Assembly: GCA_016188175.1 (NCBI GenBank)
Contig: JACPII010000002.1
Location: forward strand, 4,865 to 68,864
Length of the DNA stretch: 64,000 nt
Source: Candidatus Woesearchaeota archaeon
Lineage (GTDB): Archaea > Nanobdellota > Nanobdellia > Woesearchaeales > JACPBV01
Reading direction: 5' to 3'
Shown here in pieces: positions 9,420 through 20,356 of this stretch (within the stretch, counting starts at the first letter, position 1; the number at the start of each line of letters is the position of its first letter). A program made the translations under genes and the position numbers. A model generated the notes under the pieces. The model had not been told where the DNA came from and ran no database searches. It worked only from the letters and a program-made list of their open reading frames with translations.

Positions 9420-9611
9420 TTAGGAAAAAAAAATTATTTTGATGAACTGGATGAGGAACCCGATCAGCCCGATGATGAGCATCCCCAGCGCGGAAACCTT
9501 GACGGTAGTGGCAAATTCCTGCTTGTCCGGCCTCTTGGTCACCCGCAGCACACGGAGGGACTCAAGCAAAAAGCCCTTAAAACGGCCCCACAGCGAGATT
9601 GTTTCTTCCAT
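9420..9611 (-). CDS. secE: Protein translocase subunit SecE/Sec61-gamma
   Basis: 63 aa, single C-terminal TM, immediately upstream of spt5. Confidence 0.8.
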   Translation of the reverse strand: MEETISLWGRFKGFLLESLRVLRVTKRPDKQEFATTVKVSALGMLIIGLIGFLIQFIKIIFFS

Positions 9612-9612
9612 C

Positions 9613-10740
9613 TTAATGCAAAAAGTCTATGCCAAGCTCCTGCTCGATCTCACGCTTCTTCTTGTCGGAAAGCCGCTTGTCCGAGCCGAATATTTGCGAA
9701 GATCGGACTCCAGTAACGATGAGCATCGTGCGTATGGTTTTGTTGAGGTCTTTATAAATTGTTGCCCCCCATATGATTTTTGCGCTCTCGGACAGGGCTC
9801 CCGAGACGGTTTCGACAACCTGTTTGGCTTCCTCTAAGGTCATATCTTCTCCCCCGCAGACATTGATGAGAGCCCCGGTCGCGCCGGTGATATCGACGTC
9901 AAGAAGAGGATTGTGTATCGCTTTTTCAACGGCCTCACGGGCCCTTTCTTCAGAATCTGATTCTCCCACACCGATAAGGGCAACCCCTCCCCCTTTCATG
10001 ACCGTCCTGATATCGGCAAAATCAAGATTGACGAGGCCTGCGGTGGTAACGAGCTCAGCGATCCCCTTCACCGCATTGGTAAGTATCTCATCAGCAACCT
10101 TAAAGGCGGTGTGCAGCGGCAGATCGGGCGCCAGCTCAAGAAGTTTGTCATTAGGGATCACGATAAGGGTATCGACGATCTGCTCGAGCTTTTCTAATCC
10201 CATGAGCGCATTTTCATTCCTGAATTTCCCTTCCATGGCAAAAGGCATCGTCACAACACCGACGGTAAGGGCACCGAGCTTCTTGGCGATTTCCGCAACG
10301 ACCGGCGCAGAGCCTGTCCCGGTGCCGCCGCCAAGCCCGCAGGTGATAAATGCCATATCGCATCCCTCGAGGGATTTTTTGATATCCTGTTCCTGCTCCC
10401 GCGCAGCTTCTTCCCCCAGCTTAGGGTTAGAGCCGGCGCCAAGCCCCTTGGTGACATCCCTTCCGATGAGAATTTTTTTGTCAGAGGTAGTGTACAAGAG
10501 ATCCTGTGCATCAGTATTGATGGCGATAGTCTCCGCGCCTTTGATGCCAACCTCAGATATCCTGTTCACGGTATTGTTTCCGCCGCCGCCGCATCCGATG
10601 ACCCGGATAGTGGCACGCTGGCGTTTGAGGAATTCCTCTAATTCCGCATCGACAGCATTCCTGCTCCTGTTGGCAGCATCTCCTTCCTGAGAAAACTTCC
10701 TGTCGGCAACTTCCCGGGCTTCCCTGATGATAGTTTCCAT
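9613..10740 (-). CDS. ftsZ: Cell division GTPase FtsZ. Start taken at METIIREA (10740). The longest ORF would extend to 10860, into the FKBP gene.
   Basis: GGGTGTG tubulin signature and [12 protein letters not shown]. The ATG at 10738-10740 lies directly after the stop of the upstream gene. TATA-like TTTAAATA sits about 40 nt upstream. Confidence 0.9.
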   Translation of the reverse strand: METIIREAREVADRKFSQEGDAANRSRNAVDAELEEFLKRQRATIRVIGCGGGGNNTVNRISEVGIKGAETIAINTDAQDLLYTTSDKKILIGRDVTKGLGAGSNPKLGEEAAREQEQDIKKSLEGCDMAFITCGLGGGTGTGSAPVVAEIAKKLGALTVGVVTMPFAMEGKFRNENALMGLEKLEQIVDTLIVIPNDKLLELAPDLPLHTAFKVADEILTNAVKGIAELVTTAGLVNLDFADIRTVMKGGGVALIGVGESDSEERAREAVEKAIHNPLLDVDITGATGALINVCGGEDMTLEEAKQVVETVSGALSESAKIIWGATIYKDLNKTIRTMLIVTGVRSSQIFGSDKRLSDKKKREIEQELGIDFLH

Positions 10741-10745
10741 TTCTT

Positions 10746-11477
10746 TTATCTGCCCCCCGTTGGTTTTTGTTGCTTCCCTATATTTAAATTTTCTCCTTTT
10801 TTTCCCTCTTTGGGAATAGTGATTTTTTCGAAGGACACGCTCTTTATCTCGGGGATGCATTCCTGGATATTTTTCGTATAGGCCTCCCGGGCATTAGGGG
10901 GAAGTTCCTTTTTGAGCTTGATGATAGCTGATGCCCCATCGCACTCGACCGAATGTTGTTCATGTGCAAAGAGAAGCCTGGCCTGTGCCTCAATTTTTTC
11001 CTTGGTATCGTTAAGGATTCTCTTGACGGTAAACTGGTACGTGAGGTCCTTTCCTGCAAGCGGATGGTTAAAATCGACGAGGGTCCGGCCGCCGCTCACC
11101 GACCGGATCCTGCCAAGGATGCCGTCAATGTTCACCGCAAGGCCCGGCTGGGGCTGGATACCCTGGGCAACGAATTTTGAAGTTGCGATAAGCTGGATCA
11201 ATTTTGGATCTTTCATCCCATAGGCATCTCCCGCGGAAATGTCCAGAGAAAGCTCTTTCCCAACCTCCTTTCCCGGCAACGCAGCTTCAATTCCCTTCAG
11301 AAGCTGCCCCTGTCCAAGGCAGACGATGACGGGCCCCATCTTGTCCTTCTCGCCCATCATGCTATTTTCTTTCGCAAGCTTTTCTTCCGTCGTATCCACA
11401 AGCTCATGGGTATCTTTAGTCCAGGCAGAAAACGAGCATTCGATAAAATCATTTTTTTTAACGGTTTCCATATACAT
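10746..11477 (-). CDS. Long-type FKBP peptidyl-prolyl cis-trans isomerase (FKBP domain with IF insert plus C-terminal domain)
   Basis: FKBP motifs ([24 protein letters not shown]). Confidence 0.85.
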   Translation of the reverse strand: MYMETVKKNDFIECSFSAWTKDTHELVDTTEEKLAKENSMMGEKDKMGPVIVCLGQGQLLKGIEAALPGKEVGKELSLDISAGDAYGMKDPKLIQLIATSKFVAQGIQPQPGLAVNIDGILGRIRSVSGGRTLVDFNHPLAGKDLTYQFTVKRILNDTKEKIEAQARLLFAHEQHSVECDGASAIIKLKKELPPNAREAYTKNIQECIPEIKSVSFEKITIPKEGKKGENLNIGKQQKPTGGR

Positions 11478-12110
11478 CGTTAGTCAGCGGTTAGTCGCAA
11501 TGCAGCCTTCTCAAGAAAGGAGCATCATGAAGGGGAGCTATTTCATTTATAAAAGTATCGAAGAAAAAAATCACCCCGAGCTAACAAGGTAATGATTGCG
11601 GTTGGCTTTCCGGATATTGCCGGGCAGTAAGTCGCGCAAATGAGATATTGTCAAGGCACCCCGGCAGAAAAAAGACTCCGGCGGGTGCTGGACAGTAAAA
11701 GCAGAATCTGCAGGCAAGGAGATTAATTTCCGTAAGTGGATATCCTTGCCCATATTGGCGGACTTCAACAGAAATCCGACACCTCCCGTCAAAGACGGGG
11801 GGGATTGCTCGCCCTCCGTTGCGAAGCAACCGGAACGCTGGATTATCCCTCCGGTCGCTCGGTCGGATTCAAAGAAATGTACGTATTTCTTGAACACGAA
11901 ATTCTTAAGGAATTTCGTTGTTTCTGAGAATAAAGATATTCCCGCTGCATTTCCAGCAGGTTTACACCATCAGTTAAAAACTGATGGAATATCCTTATTC
12001 AACAATGATCATCCGAATATTAAAGTCCGCGGCTATAACGCTTGAGAATGATAAAAAACGCTTTTTTGCCGATATACTTCTTCTGAGCATCCAGCTTCGC
12101 GGGCTTCGGC

Positions 12111-12126
12111 GAAACCTTTATAAATA
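12111..12126 (+). promoter_or_regulatory. Archaeal BRE+TATA promoter (GCGAAACC TTTATAAATA) driving a structured noncoding transcript and the tRNA downstream
   Basis: Consensus-like CGAAA BRE directly 5' of TTTATAAATA. No CDS downstream for ~480 bp. Confidence 0.5.
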
Positions 12127-12428
12127 AGTCGCCTTTCCAACCCACGATGGCTTTCAATCTTTCTATGTTAGAGGGTACGCTCTAGTCTTGCGTTGAAAAC
12201 CTCTTTGTGGGGGAGTGAAAGCCATGCACGGATGGATGCCCTGGTAGTGTAGTCTGGCACAGCCAAAACTGCTGCAGCAGCTATCATGAAGCCTTGTCAC
12301 GGCTTCGACTCGGGTTCAAAACATTTCTCCGCAGGAGAAATGAGCAAAGAGTGCGTTCATGTTGGATTCCGCATTCGCTCAATCCAACTTGCCTGCCGGG
12401 GAGCGTGAATGTCCCGACCAGGGCGTTC

Positions 12429-12523
12429 GGGCTCGTAGCTCAGCCTGGTAGAGCACCTGGAGGGACGGAACCCTGGTGAAGCTTTTAACCAGGTCGTCGC
12501 GCGTTCGAATCGCGTCGGGCCCA
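12429..12523 (+). tRNA. tRNA-Lys(UUU) with a ~21-nt intron at a non-canonical position (immediately 5' of the anticodon loop). Mature length 74 nt.
   Basis: Manual fold. Acceptor GGGCUCG/CGGGCCC, D arm GCUC/GAGC with G18G19, T arm GCGCG-UUCGAAU-CGCGU. Removing AGGGACGGAACCCUGGUGAAG leaves anticodon loop CUUUUAA. Confidence 0.7.
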
Positions 12524-12625
12524 TTCATCCCATCGAACGGAGTGAGATGGGATTATGAGTATGCCAGTGCCCCTTGGAATAGTCCATGAGGTTGAAACTG
12601 GGATTTGCCCATTGGTTCAATTACC

Positions 12626-12868
12626 ATGAAAAAAAAATTTGAAATCAGTGAGCATAGATTAGTGCCAAAGCATACCAAGCTTAGTGACAAAGAAAAAGAG
12701 GAGCTCTTGGCAGCCTATCAGATAACCAATAAAGAATTGCCAAAGATAAAGAAGAACGATCCTGCAATTTCCTCCCTTGAGGTGAAAGAAGGGGATGTCA
12801 TAAAGATCGTGCGCCCTTCCCTGACGTCCGGAGAATCCACATTCTACAGGGGTGTTGTCAATGTTTAA
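12626..12868 (+). CDS. rpoH: DNA-directed RNA polymerase subunit H (Rpb5)
   Basis: HRLVPKH...GDVIKIVRPS...YR signature. ATG at 12626, downstream of the TTG-called start. Heads the rpo cluster. Confidence 0.9.
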   Translation: MKKKFEISEHRLVPKHTKLSDKEKEELLAAYQITNKELPKIKKNDPAISSLEVKEGDVIKIVRPSLTSGESTFYRGVVNV

Positions 12869-14342
12869 GTTCGGAACCATCCTTATCGAGAAGCATTTCA
12901 AAGAGCACAGCTTTGTCAATTCTAACATCGAGTCTTTCAACCATTTCATTGACGTGGAATTGCACAACATCATCGAGGAAAACAGGGAGATAGTCCCTAC
13001 CATTATTCCCCACAACATCGACGACTACAAGATCACCCTCGACAAGATCTGGGTTACCAAGCCTGAGATCACCGAAGCTGACGGCAGCAAGCGGAACATC
13101 TATCCCGTCGAAGCAAGGCTGAGGAAGCTTACCTATTCTTCTCCCGTGTTTATCGAGGTCAGCGCCCATATCAACGACGTCCAGCGGGAATCCTTTACGA
13201 CGCAGATCGGGAACCTGCCCATCATGCTCAAGAGCAAGAACTGCCACCTGCACAAGCTCAGCCCCGAAGAGCTGATAGCCCAGGGAGAAGACCCTGACGA
13301 CCCAGGCGGCTATTTCATCATCAACGGAACAGAGAAGGTCCTCATCAACATCGAAGACCTCGCGGCAAACCGTATGCTCGTAGAAAAGGAATCGGGCAGC
13401 CGCCTGTTTATCGGCAAGCTGTTTTCTGAACGGGGCTCATTCAAGATTCCCCATACCCTGGAACGCCCTAAGGACGGGATATTTTATTTAACATTCACCC
13501 GGGTCAAGAAAATCCCCTTGGTTGTCCTCATCAAGGCGCTGGGAGTTCTCAAGGACGAGGAGATCACCAACCTTATCTCAAAAGAAAGGAAATTCGACGA
13601 GGTCCTCATCAACCTGATAGAGTTCGTCGACATCAAGACCCAGGATGACGCCATCGACTATATCGCGAAGAGGATCGGCATCACTCAGTCGAAAGAGATC
13701 CGGGTCGAGCGCATGCAGGAAATTCTTGATAAGTATCTTCTTCCCCACCTCGGCATCAACAAGGAGGACCGGCCGACAAAAGCATTCAACCTGTGCAAGA
13801 TGATCAAGCGTTACTTGGCTGCATCCAATGATGAGATTCCGCTGGACGATAAGGACCATTATATCAATAAGCGCTTAAAACTGAGCGGAGACCTTCTTGC
13901 TGACCTGTTCAGGGTAAACCTCAAGGTCCTCATCGGGGATCTCTTGTACAACTTCCAGAGGATTGTGAAAAGAGGAAAATTCCCCAGCATTAAAGTCATT
14001 ATCCGGGACAAGCTGCTGACCCAGCGGATTTACAGCTCAATGGCCACAGGAACATGGGTTGGCGGAAGGAAAGGAATTTCCCAGCGGATCCAGCGCCTTA
14101 ATTTCCTTGAGACGTTGAGCCATTTGCAGCGGGTTGTTTCCCCATTATCCGCATCACAGGAAAATTTTGAAGCCCGGGAGCTCCATCCGACCCATTTGGG
14201 TAGGCTCTGCCCCATCGAGACCCCAGAAGGGACCAATATTGGCCTGCGAAAGAACCTTTCCATGCTTTGCTCAATTTCCGCTCAAAGTGACGAGAGCCAG
14301 GTCCTTCGGGTCATGAAGGAATATGGATTAAGATCAATATAA
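12861..14342 (+). CDS. rpoB2: DNA-directed RNA polymerase subunit B'' (N-terminal half of split B)
   Basis: Conserved RpoB N-terminal domains. Overlaps the rpoH stop. Confidence 0.95.
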   Translation: MFKFGTILIEKHFKEHSFVNSNIESFNHFIDVELHNIIEENREIVPTIIPHNIDDYKITLDKIWVTKPEITEADGSKRNIYPVEARLRKLTYSSPVFIEVSAHINDVQRESFTTQIGNLPIMLKSKNCHLHKLSPEELIAQGEDPDDPGGYFIINGTEKVLINIEDLAANRMLVEKESGSRLFIGKLFSERGSFKIPHTLERPKDGIFYLTFTRVKKIPLVVLIKALGVLKDEEITNLISKERKFDEVLINLIEFVDIKTQDDAIDYIAKRIGITQSKEIRVERMQEILDKYLLPHLGINKEDRPTKAFNLCKMIKRYLAASNDEIPLDDKDHYINKRLKLSGDLLADLFRVNLKVLIGDLLYNFQRIVKRGKFPSIKVIIRDKLLTQRIYSSMATGTWVGGRKGISQRIQRLNFLETLSHLQRVVSPLSASQENFEARELHPTHLGRLCPIETPEGTNIGLRKNLSMLCSISAQSDESQVLRVMKEYGLRSI

Positions 14343-14361
14343 AAAAACAAGAGACAAAAAA

Positions 14362-16164
14362 ATGCCGGAAGTTTACCTGAACAGCAAGTTTGTAGGGCAT
14401 ATCGATGAGCCGCGCCTTTTCGTCGAAAAGATGAGGGAAGGGAGGAGAAGGGGCAGCGTCGGGACCCAGGTCAATGTCCATTTTGACGAGCAGCAGGACA
14501 TTGTGGAGATAGAATGCGGAAAGGGAAGGGCAAGAAGGCCCCTGATTGTCGTAAAAAACGGGCAGCCATTGTTAACCGAACGCCATATCCGGCAGCTGGA
14601 GAGGAATGAGATTACCTGGAAAGACCTCATCGAACAGGGAGTGATCGAGTATATTGATTCAGCTGAAGAAGAGAATTGTTATGTTGCTTTTTTCGAATCT
14701 GACCTTACACCAGAGCATTCCCATCTGGAAATTGCTCCCCAGGCGATGCTGGGCCTTGCCTCTGCGCTTGTCCCTTATGCAAACTTTAACCAATCCACCA
14801 GGCTGAATGCAGGATCGAAAAATCAGAAGCAAGCCCTGGGATTATATGTCTCAAATTATTATTTGCGGATGGATATGGATGTCAACGTCCTTCAGGAGCC
14901 TCAGGTTCCCGTCGTCCAAACAGCTATCCATAAGATTTCCGATTACCAGAAGCATCCCGCAGGGCAGAATATTGTCGTTGCGATCATGAGCTATAAAGGA
15001 TACAATATGGAAGATGCTATCATCCTGAATAGGGGATCGGTCGAGCGCGGCCTTGCGAGAAGCACTTATTTCAGGCCATCGATTGCAGAAGAGCTGCGTT
15101 ATGCAGGGGGCCTTGTTGATGAGATATGCATTCCTGATAAAGATGTTAAAGGATACAAGAGTGAGCGTGATTACCGGCTATTGGAGGATGACGGAGTTAT
15201 CAGCGCGGAATCCCAGATCGCTGAAGGTGATGTTATTATTGGAAAAACTTCCCCGCCGAGATTCCTTAGCAGCCTAGATGAATACAGCCTCTCTTCAAGC
15301 ACAAGGAGAGAAAGCTCAGTTTCCGTAAAGCACGGTGAGCGCGGAGTGATTGATTTTGTCCTGATAACCGAGAACGAAGAGGGGAATAAGCTAGTCCAGG
15401 TCCGTGTTCGTGATGACAGGATTCCCGAGATCGGAGACAAGTTTACCAGCAGGCATGGGCAGAAAGGTGTTGTTGGCCTGGTAGTTCCCGAAGGAGACAT
15501 GCCATTTTCCGCAACAGGGATCAGGCCGGATTTGATATTTTCCCCCCATGGGATCCCTTCACGTATGACGATCAGCCACCTCATCGAGATGGTCGCGGGA
15601 AAAGTTGGGGCTTTGAGCGGAAGGTATGTTGATGGAACCGCATTTGACGCAGAGCCCGAAGAAAAGCTCCGCAAAGAGCTCCTTAACCTTGGTTTCAGGG
15701 AGAATGGTGTTGAAACTTTTTACAGCGGCGAAACCGGTGAAGAGTTTCAGGCGAAGATATTCGTCGGGAACATGTATTATCTCAAGCTCAAGCACATGGT
15801 TGCAAATAAGCTCCACAGCAGGGCGCGCGGGCCAATCCAGCTCCTGACCAGGCAGCCGACAGAAGGAAGGGCCAAAGAAGGCGGATTAAGGCTTGGAGAG
15901 ATGGAAAAAGACACATTCATCGCCCACGGCGCTTCCCTGCTTCTCAAGGAGCGCTTTGATTCAGACAAGACATTAGTCCCCGTCTGCGAAGGCTGCGGCA
16001 CCATCGCCATCCATGATGAGTTCAAGAAAAAATCCTACTGCCCCATATGCGGCGATAATGTTGAGATCTATTTTGTCGAGATGTCCTACGCCTTTAAGCT
16101 TATCCTCGATGAGTTCAAGTCGTTATGCATTTACCCTAAGCTCGTGCTAAAAAGCAAATATTGA
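14362..16164 (+). CDS. rpoB1: DNA-directed RNA polymerase subunit B' (C-terminal half of split B)
   Basis: RpoB C-terminal catalytic motifs and the Zn ribbon CEGCGTIA...CPICG. Confidence 0.95.
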   Translation: MPEVYLNSKFVGHIDEPRLFVEKMREGRRRGSVGTQVNVHFDEQQDIVEIECGKGRARRPLIVVKNGQPLLTERHIRQLERNEITWKDLIEQGVIEYIDSAEEENCYVAFFESDLTPEHSHLEIAPQAMLGLASALVPYANFNQSTRLNAGSKNQKQALGLYVSNYYLRMDMDVNVLQEPQVPVVQTAIHKISDYQKHPAGQNIVVAIMSYKGYNMEDAIILNRGSVERGLARSTYFRPSIAEELRYAGGLVDEICIPDKDVKGYKSERDYRLLEDDGVISAESQIAEGDVIIGKTSPPRFLSSLDEYSLSSSTRRESSVSVKHGERGVIDFVLITENEEGNKLVQVRVRDDRIPEIGDKFTSRHGQKGVVGLVVPEGDMPFSATGIRPDLIFSPHGIPSRMTISHLIEMVAGKVGALSGRYVDGTAFDAEPEEKLRKELLNLGFRENGVETFYSGETGEEFQAKIFVGNMYYLKLKHMVANKLHSRARGPIQLLTRQPTEGRAKEGGLRLGEMEKDTFIAHGASLLLKERFDSDKTLVPVCEGCGTIAIHDEFKKKSYCPICGDNVEIYFVEMSYAFKLILDEFKSLCIYPKLVLKSKY

Positions 16165-16179
16165 GGCGAAAAACCGACG

Positions 16180-18942
16180 ATGGCAGAACAAGAGCAACCA
16201 ACCCCGATCGAAGAGGCAGCCGAACCAGCATCCTCAGAGGTAATTATCCCCGAAGGAAGTGAAGTCCCCGAGGACGTCCTTGAAGAAAGTGAAGTTCCCC
16301 CCTCCACGGATAAAAGCCCTAAGGTGAGGATTGATCCTGAAGAGCAGATTGCAGGCAAATCCGTCCGCAGCATCATCTTTTCTGTGTTTTCTCCAAAAAC
16401 AATTAAGCAGATGTCGTCGGCAAAGATCGTTACTCCGGAGCTGTATGATAAGGAAGGTTACCCGGTAGATGGCGGCCTGATGGATATCCGCCTCGGAGTG
16501 ATTGATCCGGGCCTAAAATGCAAAACCTGCGGCTCAAAACTGAAGGAATGCTCAGGCCACTTTGGGTATATTGAGCTTGCAAGGCCGATAATCCACATCA
16601 AGTTTGTCCCCCTTATTATGACGCTGCTGAAGTGCAGCTGCCAGGGCTGCGGCAGGGTCCTCATCCCAAAAAATAAAGTTGATACGGCGAAGAAAGAGCT
16701 TGGCCGGATAGAAGAGGAGTTGGGCATTGAAGAGCGGAGAAGGTCGGTAAAAGATATCATCACTAATTTGAAAACTATCAATAAATGCCCATGGTGCAAA
16801 TCAAAGCAGTCCAAGATAGCACTGGAAAAACCAACAACATTCCTGGAAAATGAGAAGAGGATAAGTCCGATCGAGATTAGGGCCCGCCTGGAAAAGATTC
16901 CCGACGAGGATCTCGAATTGTTCGGCCTCCGCCCCCAGAATTTTAGGCCGGAATGGAGCATATTGACGATTCTTCCCATTCCGCCGGTGACCATGAGGCC
17001 TTCCATTACATTGGAATCCGGAGAGCGCTCTGAAGATGACCTTACCCACAAGCTTGGGGACATCGTGAGGATCAACCAGCGCTTGTTCGAGAATATCAAC
17101 GCGGGTGCGCCAGAAATAATCATCGAGGACCTCTGGGACTTGCTCCAATATCACGTGACTACCTATTTTGACAATGAAGTTGCCCAATTGCCTCCTGCAA
17201 GGCACCGAAGCGGCCAGCCCCTCAAGACGCTTTCCGAGCGTATCAAGAGCAAAGAAGGCCGGATCCGCCATAACCTCGCAGGAAAAAGGACAAATTTCTC
17301 CGCAAGGACAGTGATCAGCCCCGACCCTATGCTGGGCATAAATGAAGTTGGCGTTCCTTTTGAGATTGCCATGAAGCTCACCGTTCCTGAAAGGGTCAAC
17401 GAATGGAATATTGCCTATCTGAAAAATTTTGTGAAGAACGGGCCGAAGAAATATCCGGGAGCTAATTATATCGTTAGGCCGGACGGAAAGAAAAAGAAGC
17501 TGACCGAAGAGACCATCGAGGCAAGCGTAGAGGAATTGCAGCCCGGGTATGTGGTCGAGCGCCAATTGATGGACGGAGACATCGCCGTCTTCAACCGTCA
17601 GCCCTCCCTCCACCGCATGTCCATGATGTGCCATCGGATAAGAGTGCTGCCGTTCAAGACCCTCCGGCTCAATCCAGCAGTGTGCAATCCTTATAATGCA
17701 GATTTTGACGGTGATGAGATGAACCTGCACATTCCACAGACCGAGGAGGCGCGTGCAGAAGCAGAAATACTTATGGAAGTTCAGACCCAGCTCATCAGCC
17801 CAAGGTACGGCCTTAGCGTCATTGGATGTGTCCAGGACTCAATTTCCGGGCTGTACACCCTAACCAAAAGGAGTGACATTGACCGAAAGCTTGCCCTTGA
17901 CCTTCTTGCCGCGACAGGCATTGAGGATTTTTCAAGGCTTCCCAAAAGGGAAAAAGTTTCCGGAAAAGAGATTGTTTCCGTCCTGCTTCCCGAAGATTTT
18001 ATGTTTTTTGGTGAAAAAAGAAGCGACTTGGGAGTCGAGGGGAAGGAAAAAGAGGATATCACCGTCATCATCAAAGACGGAAAACTTCTCTCGGGTGTCC
18101 TCGACCGGAATAATCTAGGCGAGGGTTCAGGTTTGCTCTTGAGAACTATCCACAAGAAGTATGGAAAAGAGTTCAGCCTTGATCTGCTCGGCAAGCTCTT
18201 TAGGCTCGGGATTGAAGTGCTTCTCCGTTTAGGGTTTTCGGTCATCATTTCCGACACCGACCTCCCCGAGAAGGCCCGGCAGGAGATTAAAGAGACCCTC
18301 ACCCAGGCTGATCGTGAGGTTGAAGAGCTTATCTCCCTTTACCATAATAACAAGCTTGACACCTTCCCGGGAAGGACGCTGCGTGAGACGCTGGAATTGA
18401 AGATCTTAGAAGTGCTCAACCGCGCAAGAAACAAGACCGGAGAAATTGCTGCTACCCATGCCGACAGGGACTCTCCGACAATGGTCATGGCGGACTCTGG
18501 CGCCCGGGGAAATCTGCTCAACCTCGCCCAGATGGCAGCCTGCGTCGGCCAGCAGGCAATGCGGGGAAAACGGATTGATAAAGGATACCGGGGCAGGACT
18601 ATTTCCGCGTTTAAGAGGGAAGACTTCAGCCCCCACGCCCGCGGATTCATCTCCAACGGGTTTAAATCTGGCCTTACCCCTTTTGAATTTTTCTTTGGAG
18701 CGATGACCGGAAGGGACTCGCTGATGGACACCGCACTCAGGACACCGAAGAGCGGGTACCTCTACCGAAGGCTTGCTAACGCGATGCAGGACCTTAAGGT
18801 GGAATACGACCATACGGTAAGGGATGCCGGAAAACGGATTATCCAGTTTTCTTACGGAGAAGATGGAGTGGATGTCGCAAAATCAGAAAATGGGGTCATC
18901 AATGTTCAACGCCTGTTTGGGGTTCACGGGGGCCAGGACTGA
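16180..18942 (+). CDS. rpoA1: DNA-directed RNA polymerase subunit A'
   Basis: Zn-binding [23 protein letters not shown] and the catalytic [12 protein letters not shown]. Confidence 0.95.
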   Translation: MAEQEQPTPIEEAAEPASSEVIIPEGSEVPEDVLEESEVPPSTDKSPKVRIDPEEQIAGKSVRSIIFSVFSPKTIKQMSSAKIVTPELYDKEGYPVDGGLMDIRLGVIDPGLKCKTCGSKLKECSGHFGYIELARPIIHIKFVPLIMTLLKCSCQGCGRVLIPKNKVDTAKKELGRIEEELGIEERRRSVKDIITNLKTINKCPWCKSKQSKIALEKPTTFLENEKRISPIEIRARLEKIPDEDLELFGLRPQNFRPEWSILTILPIPPVTMRPSITLESGERSEDDLTHKLGDIVRINQRLFENINAGAPEIIIEDLWDLLQYHVTTYFDNEVAQLPPARHRSGQPLKTLSERIKSKEGRIRHNLAGKRTNFSARTVISPDPMLGINEVGVPFEIAMKLTVPERVNEWNIAYLKNFVKNGPKKYPGANYIVRPDGKKKKLTEETIEASVEELQPGYVVERQLMDGDIAVFNRQPSLHRMSMMCHRIRVLPFKTLRLNPAVCNPYNADFDGDEMNLHIPQTEEARAEAEILMEVQTQLISPRYGLSVIGCVQDSISGLYTLTKRSDIDRKLALDLLAATGIEDFSRLPKREKVSGKEIVSVLLPEDFMFFGEKRSDLGVEGKEKEDITVIIKDGKLLSGVLDRNNLGEGSGLLLRTIHKKYGKEFSLDLLGKLFRLGIEVLLRLGFSVIISDTDLPEKARQEIKETLTQADREVEELISLYHNNKLDTFPGRTLRETLELKILEVLNRARNKTGEIAATHADRDSPTMVMADSGARGNLLNLAQMAACVGQQAMRGKRIDKGYRGRTISAFKREDFSPHARGFISNGFKSGLTPFEFFFGAMTGRDSLMDTALRTPKSGYLYRRLANAMQDLKVEYDHTVRDAGKRIIQFSYGEDGVDVAKSENGVINVQRLFGVHGGQD

Positions 18943-18946
18943 CAAG

Positions 18947-20074
18947 ATGAGCATCGCCAACGAATACAAGGGAAGGCTTCCCAAGAAGATCCTCGATGAG
19001 GTGGCCAGCTTGACCCAGGGCTCATCAGAAGCCAAAGTTCGGAAATTGCTTGAAGAAGCCTCCAGGGAGTATGAGCAGGCAAAAGTTGAGCCGGGAGAGT
19101 GTGTAGGGATAATTTCTGCCGAAAGCATTGGGGAGCCGGGAACCCAGATGACGCTCAACACATTCCATTTCGCAGGAGTTGCCGAGATGAATATCACGAT
19201 GGGGCTTCCCCGCATTATTGAGATATTAGACGGGAGGTCTGAGATTAGCACCCCGATGATGGAGATTTATCTGAAGCAGCCCTACTCCAAAGGCAAGGAT
19301 TTGAAAGAGGTTACCCTCGCGATCAGGCAGACTCTGTTGAAAGACATCGTTTCCGAATTCCTCATCAATGTTGCCGACTTCTCGATTGAGGTAAAGCTCA
19401 GCCAGGAGCGGATAGCGGAGATTGGCGCAAACATCTCTTCCATCGCCGCTGCCGTAAAACAGGCCGCAAAAGGATATAATGTGAGCGCGGGGAAGGATTC
19501 CCTCGTCTTAAAGAAAAAAGAAAGGGACAACGGAATCAATGCCCTTTACACCGATAAGGAAAAGATCAAGCAGATTTCGATCCAGGGAGTAAAAGGGATT
19601 ACCCAGGTCCTCCCGGTAAAGCGCGGGGATGAATATGTCATCATCACTGCAGGGACCAACCTCAAGGAAGTTTTATCTCTGGAATTCGTCGATGATTCAA
19701 GGACAGTCAGCAATGATGTCGCTGAAATAGCCAAGATTTTAGGGATTGAGGCAGCCAGGCAGGCAATCATCAATGAAGTCTTTAAGGTCATCGAAAGCCA
19801 GGGCCTTAATGTGGATATACGCCACATCATGCTCGTCGCAGACACCATGTGCAATCTCGGAGTCGTTAAGGGCATTACCCGATATGGAGTCGTTTCGGAA
19901 AAAGCATCCGTCCTCGCAAGGGCAAGCTTTGAAACTCCTATTAAGCACATCTTGAATGCCGCATTGATCGGGGAAGAGGATAAGCTCGATTCTGTTGTTG
20001 AGAACGTCATGATAAACCAGCCCACACCCGTGGGTACCGGCCTTCCGGGGCTTGTCACCAAGGTGAAGCGCTGA
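18947..20074 (+). CDS. rpoA2: DNA-directed RNA polymerase subunit A''. Start at MSIANEYKG after the rpoA1 stop. The longest ORF overlaps rpoA1.
   Basis: Conserved A'' region. ATG at 18947, 5 nt after the rpoA1 TGA. Confidence 0.92.
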   Translation: MSIANEYKGRLPKKILDEVASLTQGSSEAKVRKLLEEASREYEQAKVEPGECVGIISAESIGEPGTQMTLNTFHFAGVAEMNITMGLPRIIEILDGRSEISTPMMEIYLKQPYSKGKDLKEVTLAIRQTLLKDIVSEFLINVADFSIEVKLSQERIAEIGANISSIAAAVKQAAKGYNVSAGKDSLVLKKKERDNGINALYTDKEKIKQISIQGVKGITQVLPVKRGDEYVIITAGTNLKEVLSLEFVDDSRTVSNDVAEIAKILGIEAARQAIINEVFKVIESQGLNVDIRHIMLVADTMCNLGVVKGITRYGVVSEKASVLARASFETPIKHILNAALIGEEDKLDSVVENVMINQPTPVGTGLPGLVTKVKR

Positions 20075-20352
20075 TGGCGGCTGAAATTCACACAGAAAGC
20101 GAGGAAGTGAAGAAGATTCTCAAGGACCAGGATATCATTATCGGTGCAGAGCGGACGATGAAAGCCCTCCGCACGGGTAAAGTTGCCCAAGTCCTCATCG
20201 CTTCCAACACCCCCGACAAGACGAAGAAAACGGTCGAGCATTATGCCAATCTCTCCGGCGCATCTGTCCGCCCCCTGGGGCTTACCAACGATGAGCTTGG
20301 TGCAGTCTGTAAGCGCCCCCACTTGATTTCTTTGTTGAGCATCAGGAAATAG
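20074..20352 (+). CDS. rpl30e: Ribosomal protein L30e
   Basis: 92 aa. ATG overlaps the rpoA2 stop (TGATG). Conserved position in the rpo cluster. Confidence 0.88.
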   Translation: MAAEIHTESEEVKKILKDQDIIIGAERTMKALRTGKVAQVLIASNTPDKTKKTVEHYANLSGASVRPLGLTNDELGAVCKRPHLISLLSIRK

Positions 20353-20356
20353 AGCT

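Noticed and set aside
8907-9716. 269-aa plus-strand ORF antisense to spt5/secE
   Set aside because: It lies entirely opposite two well-supported conserved genes, has low-complexity Leu/Arg-rich composition and no recognizable motif. It is an antisense shadow ORF.
9773-10690. 305-aa plus-strand ORF antisense to ftsZ
   Set aside because: Ser/Ala/Pro-rich low-complexity translation opposite the clearly real ftsZ. Shadow ORF.
10741-10860. Extended N-terminus of the ftsZ longest ORF ([29 protein letters not shown]...)
   Set aside because: It overlaps the 3' end of the FKBP gene. A TATA box and the ATG at 10740 (METIIREA) give a normal-length FtsZ. The extension is a longest-ORF artifact.
12238-12424. 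Possible second tRNA (GCCCUGGUAGUGUAGUCUGGCA... with distal CCAGGGC) carrying a giant intron
   Set aside because: D-stem, anticodon arm and T-loop cannot be built canonically (T-loop candidate CGUGAAU, no anticodon helix). I kept it only as part of the structured-ncRNA candidate.
12200-12530. CRISPR array or rRNA genes in the long noncoding stretches
   Set aside because: There are no regularly spaced direct repeats with unique spacers, and no rRNA-like conserved blocks. Only tandem duplications of 2-3 units were found.
16801-17730. 309-aa minus-strand ORF inside rpoA'
   Set aside because: It is antisense to a highly conserved RNA polymerase subunit with no motif of its own.
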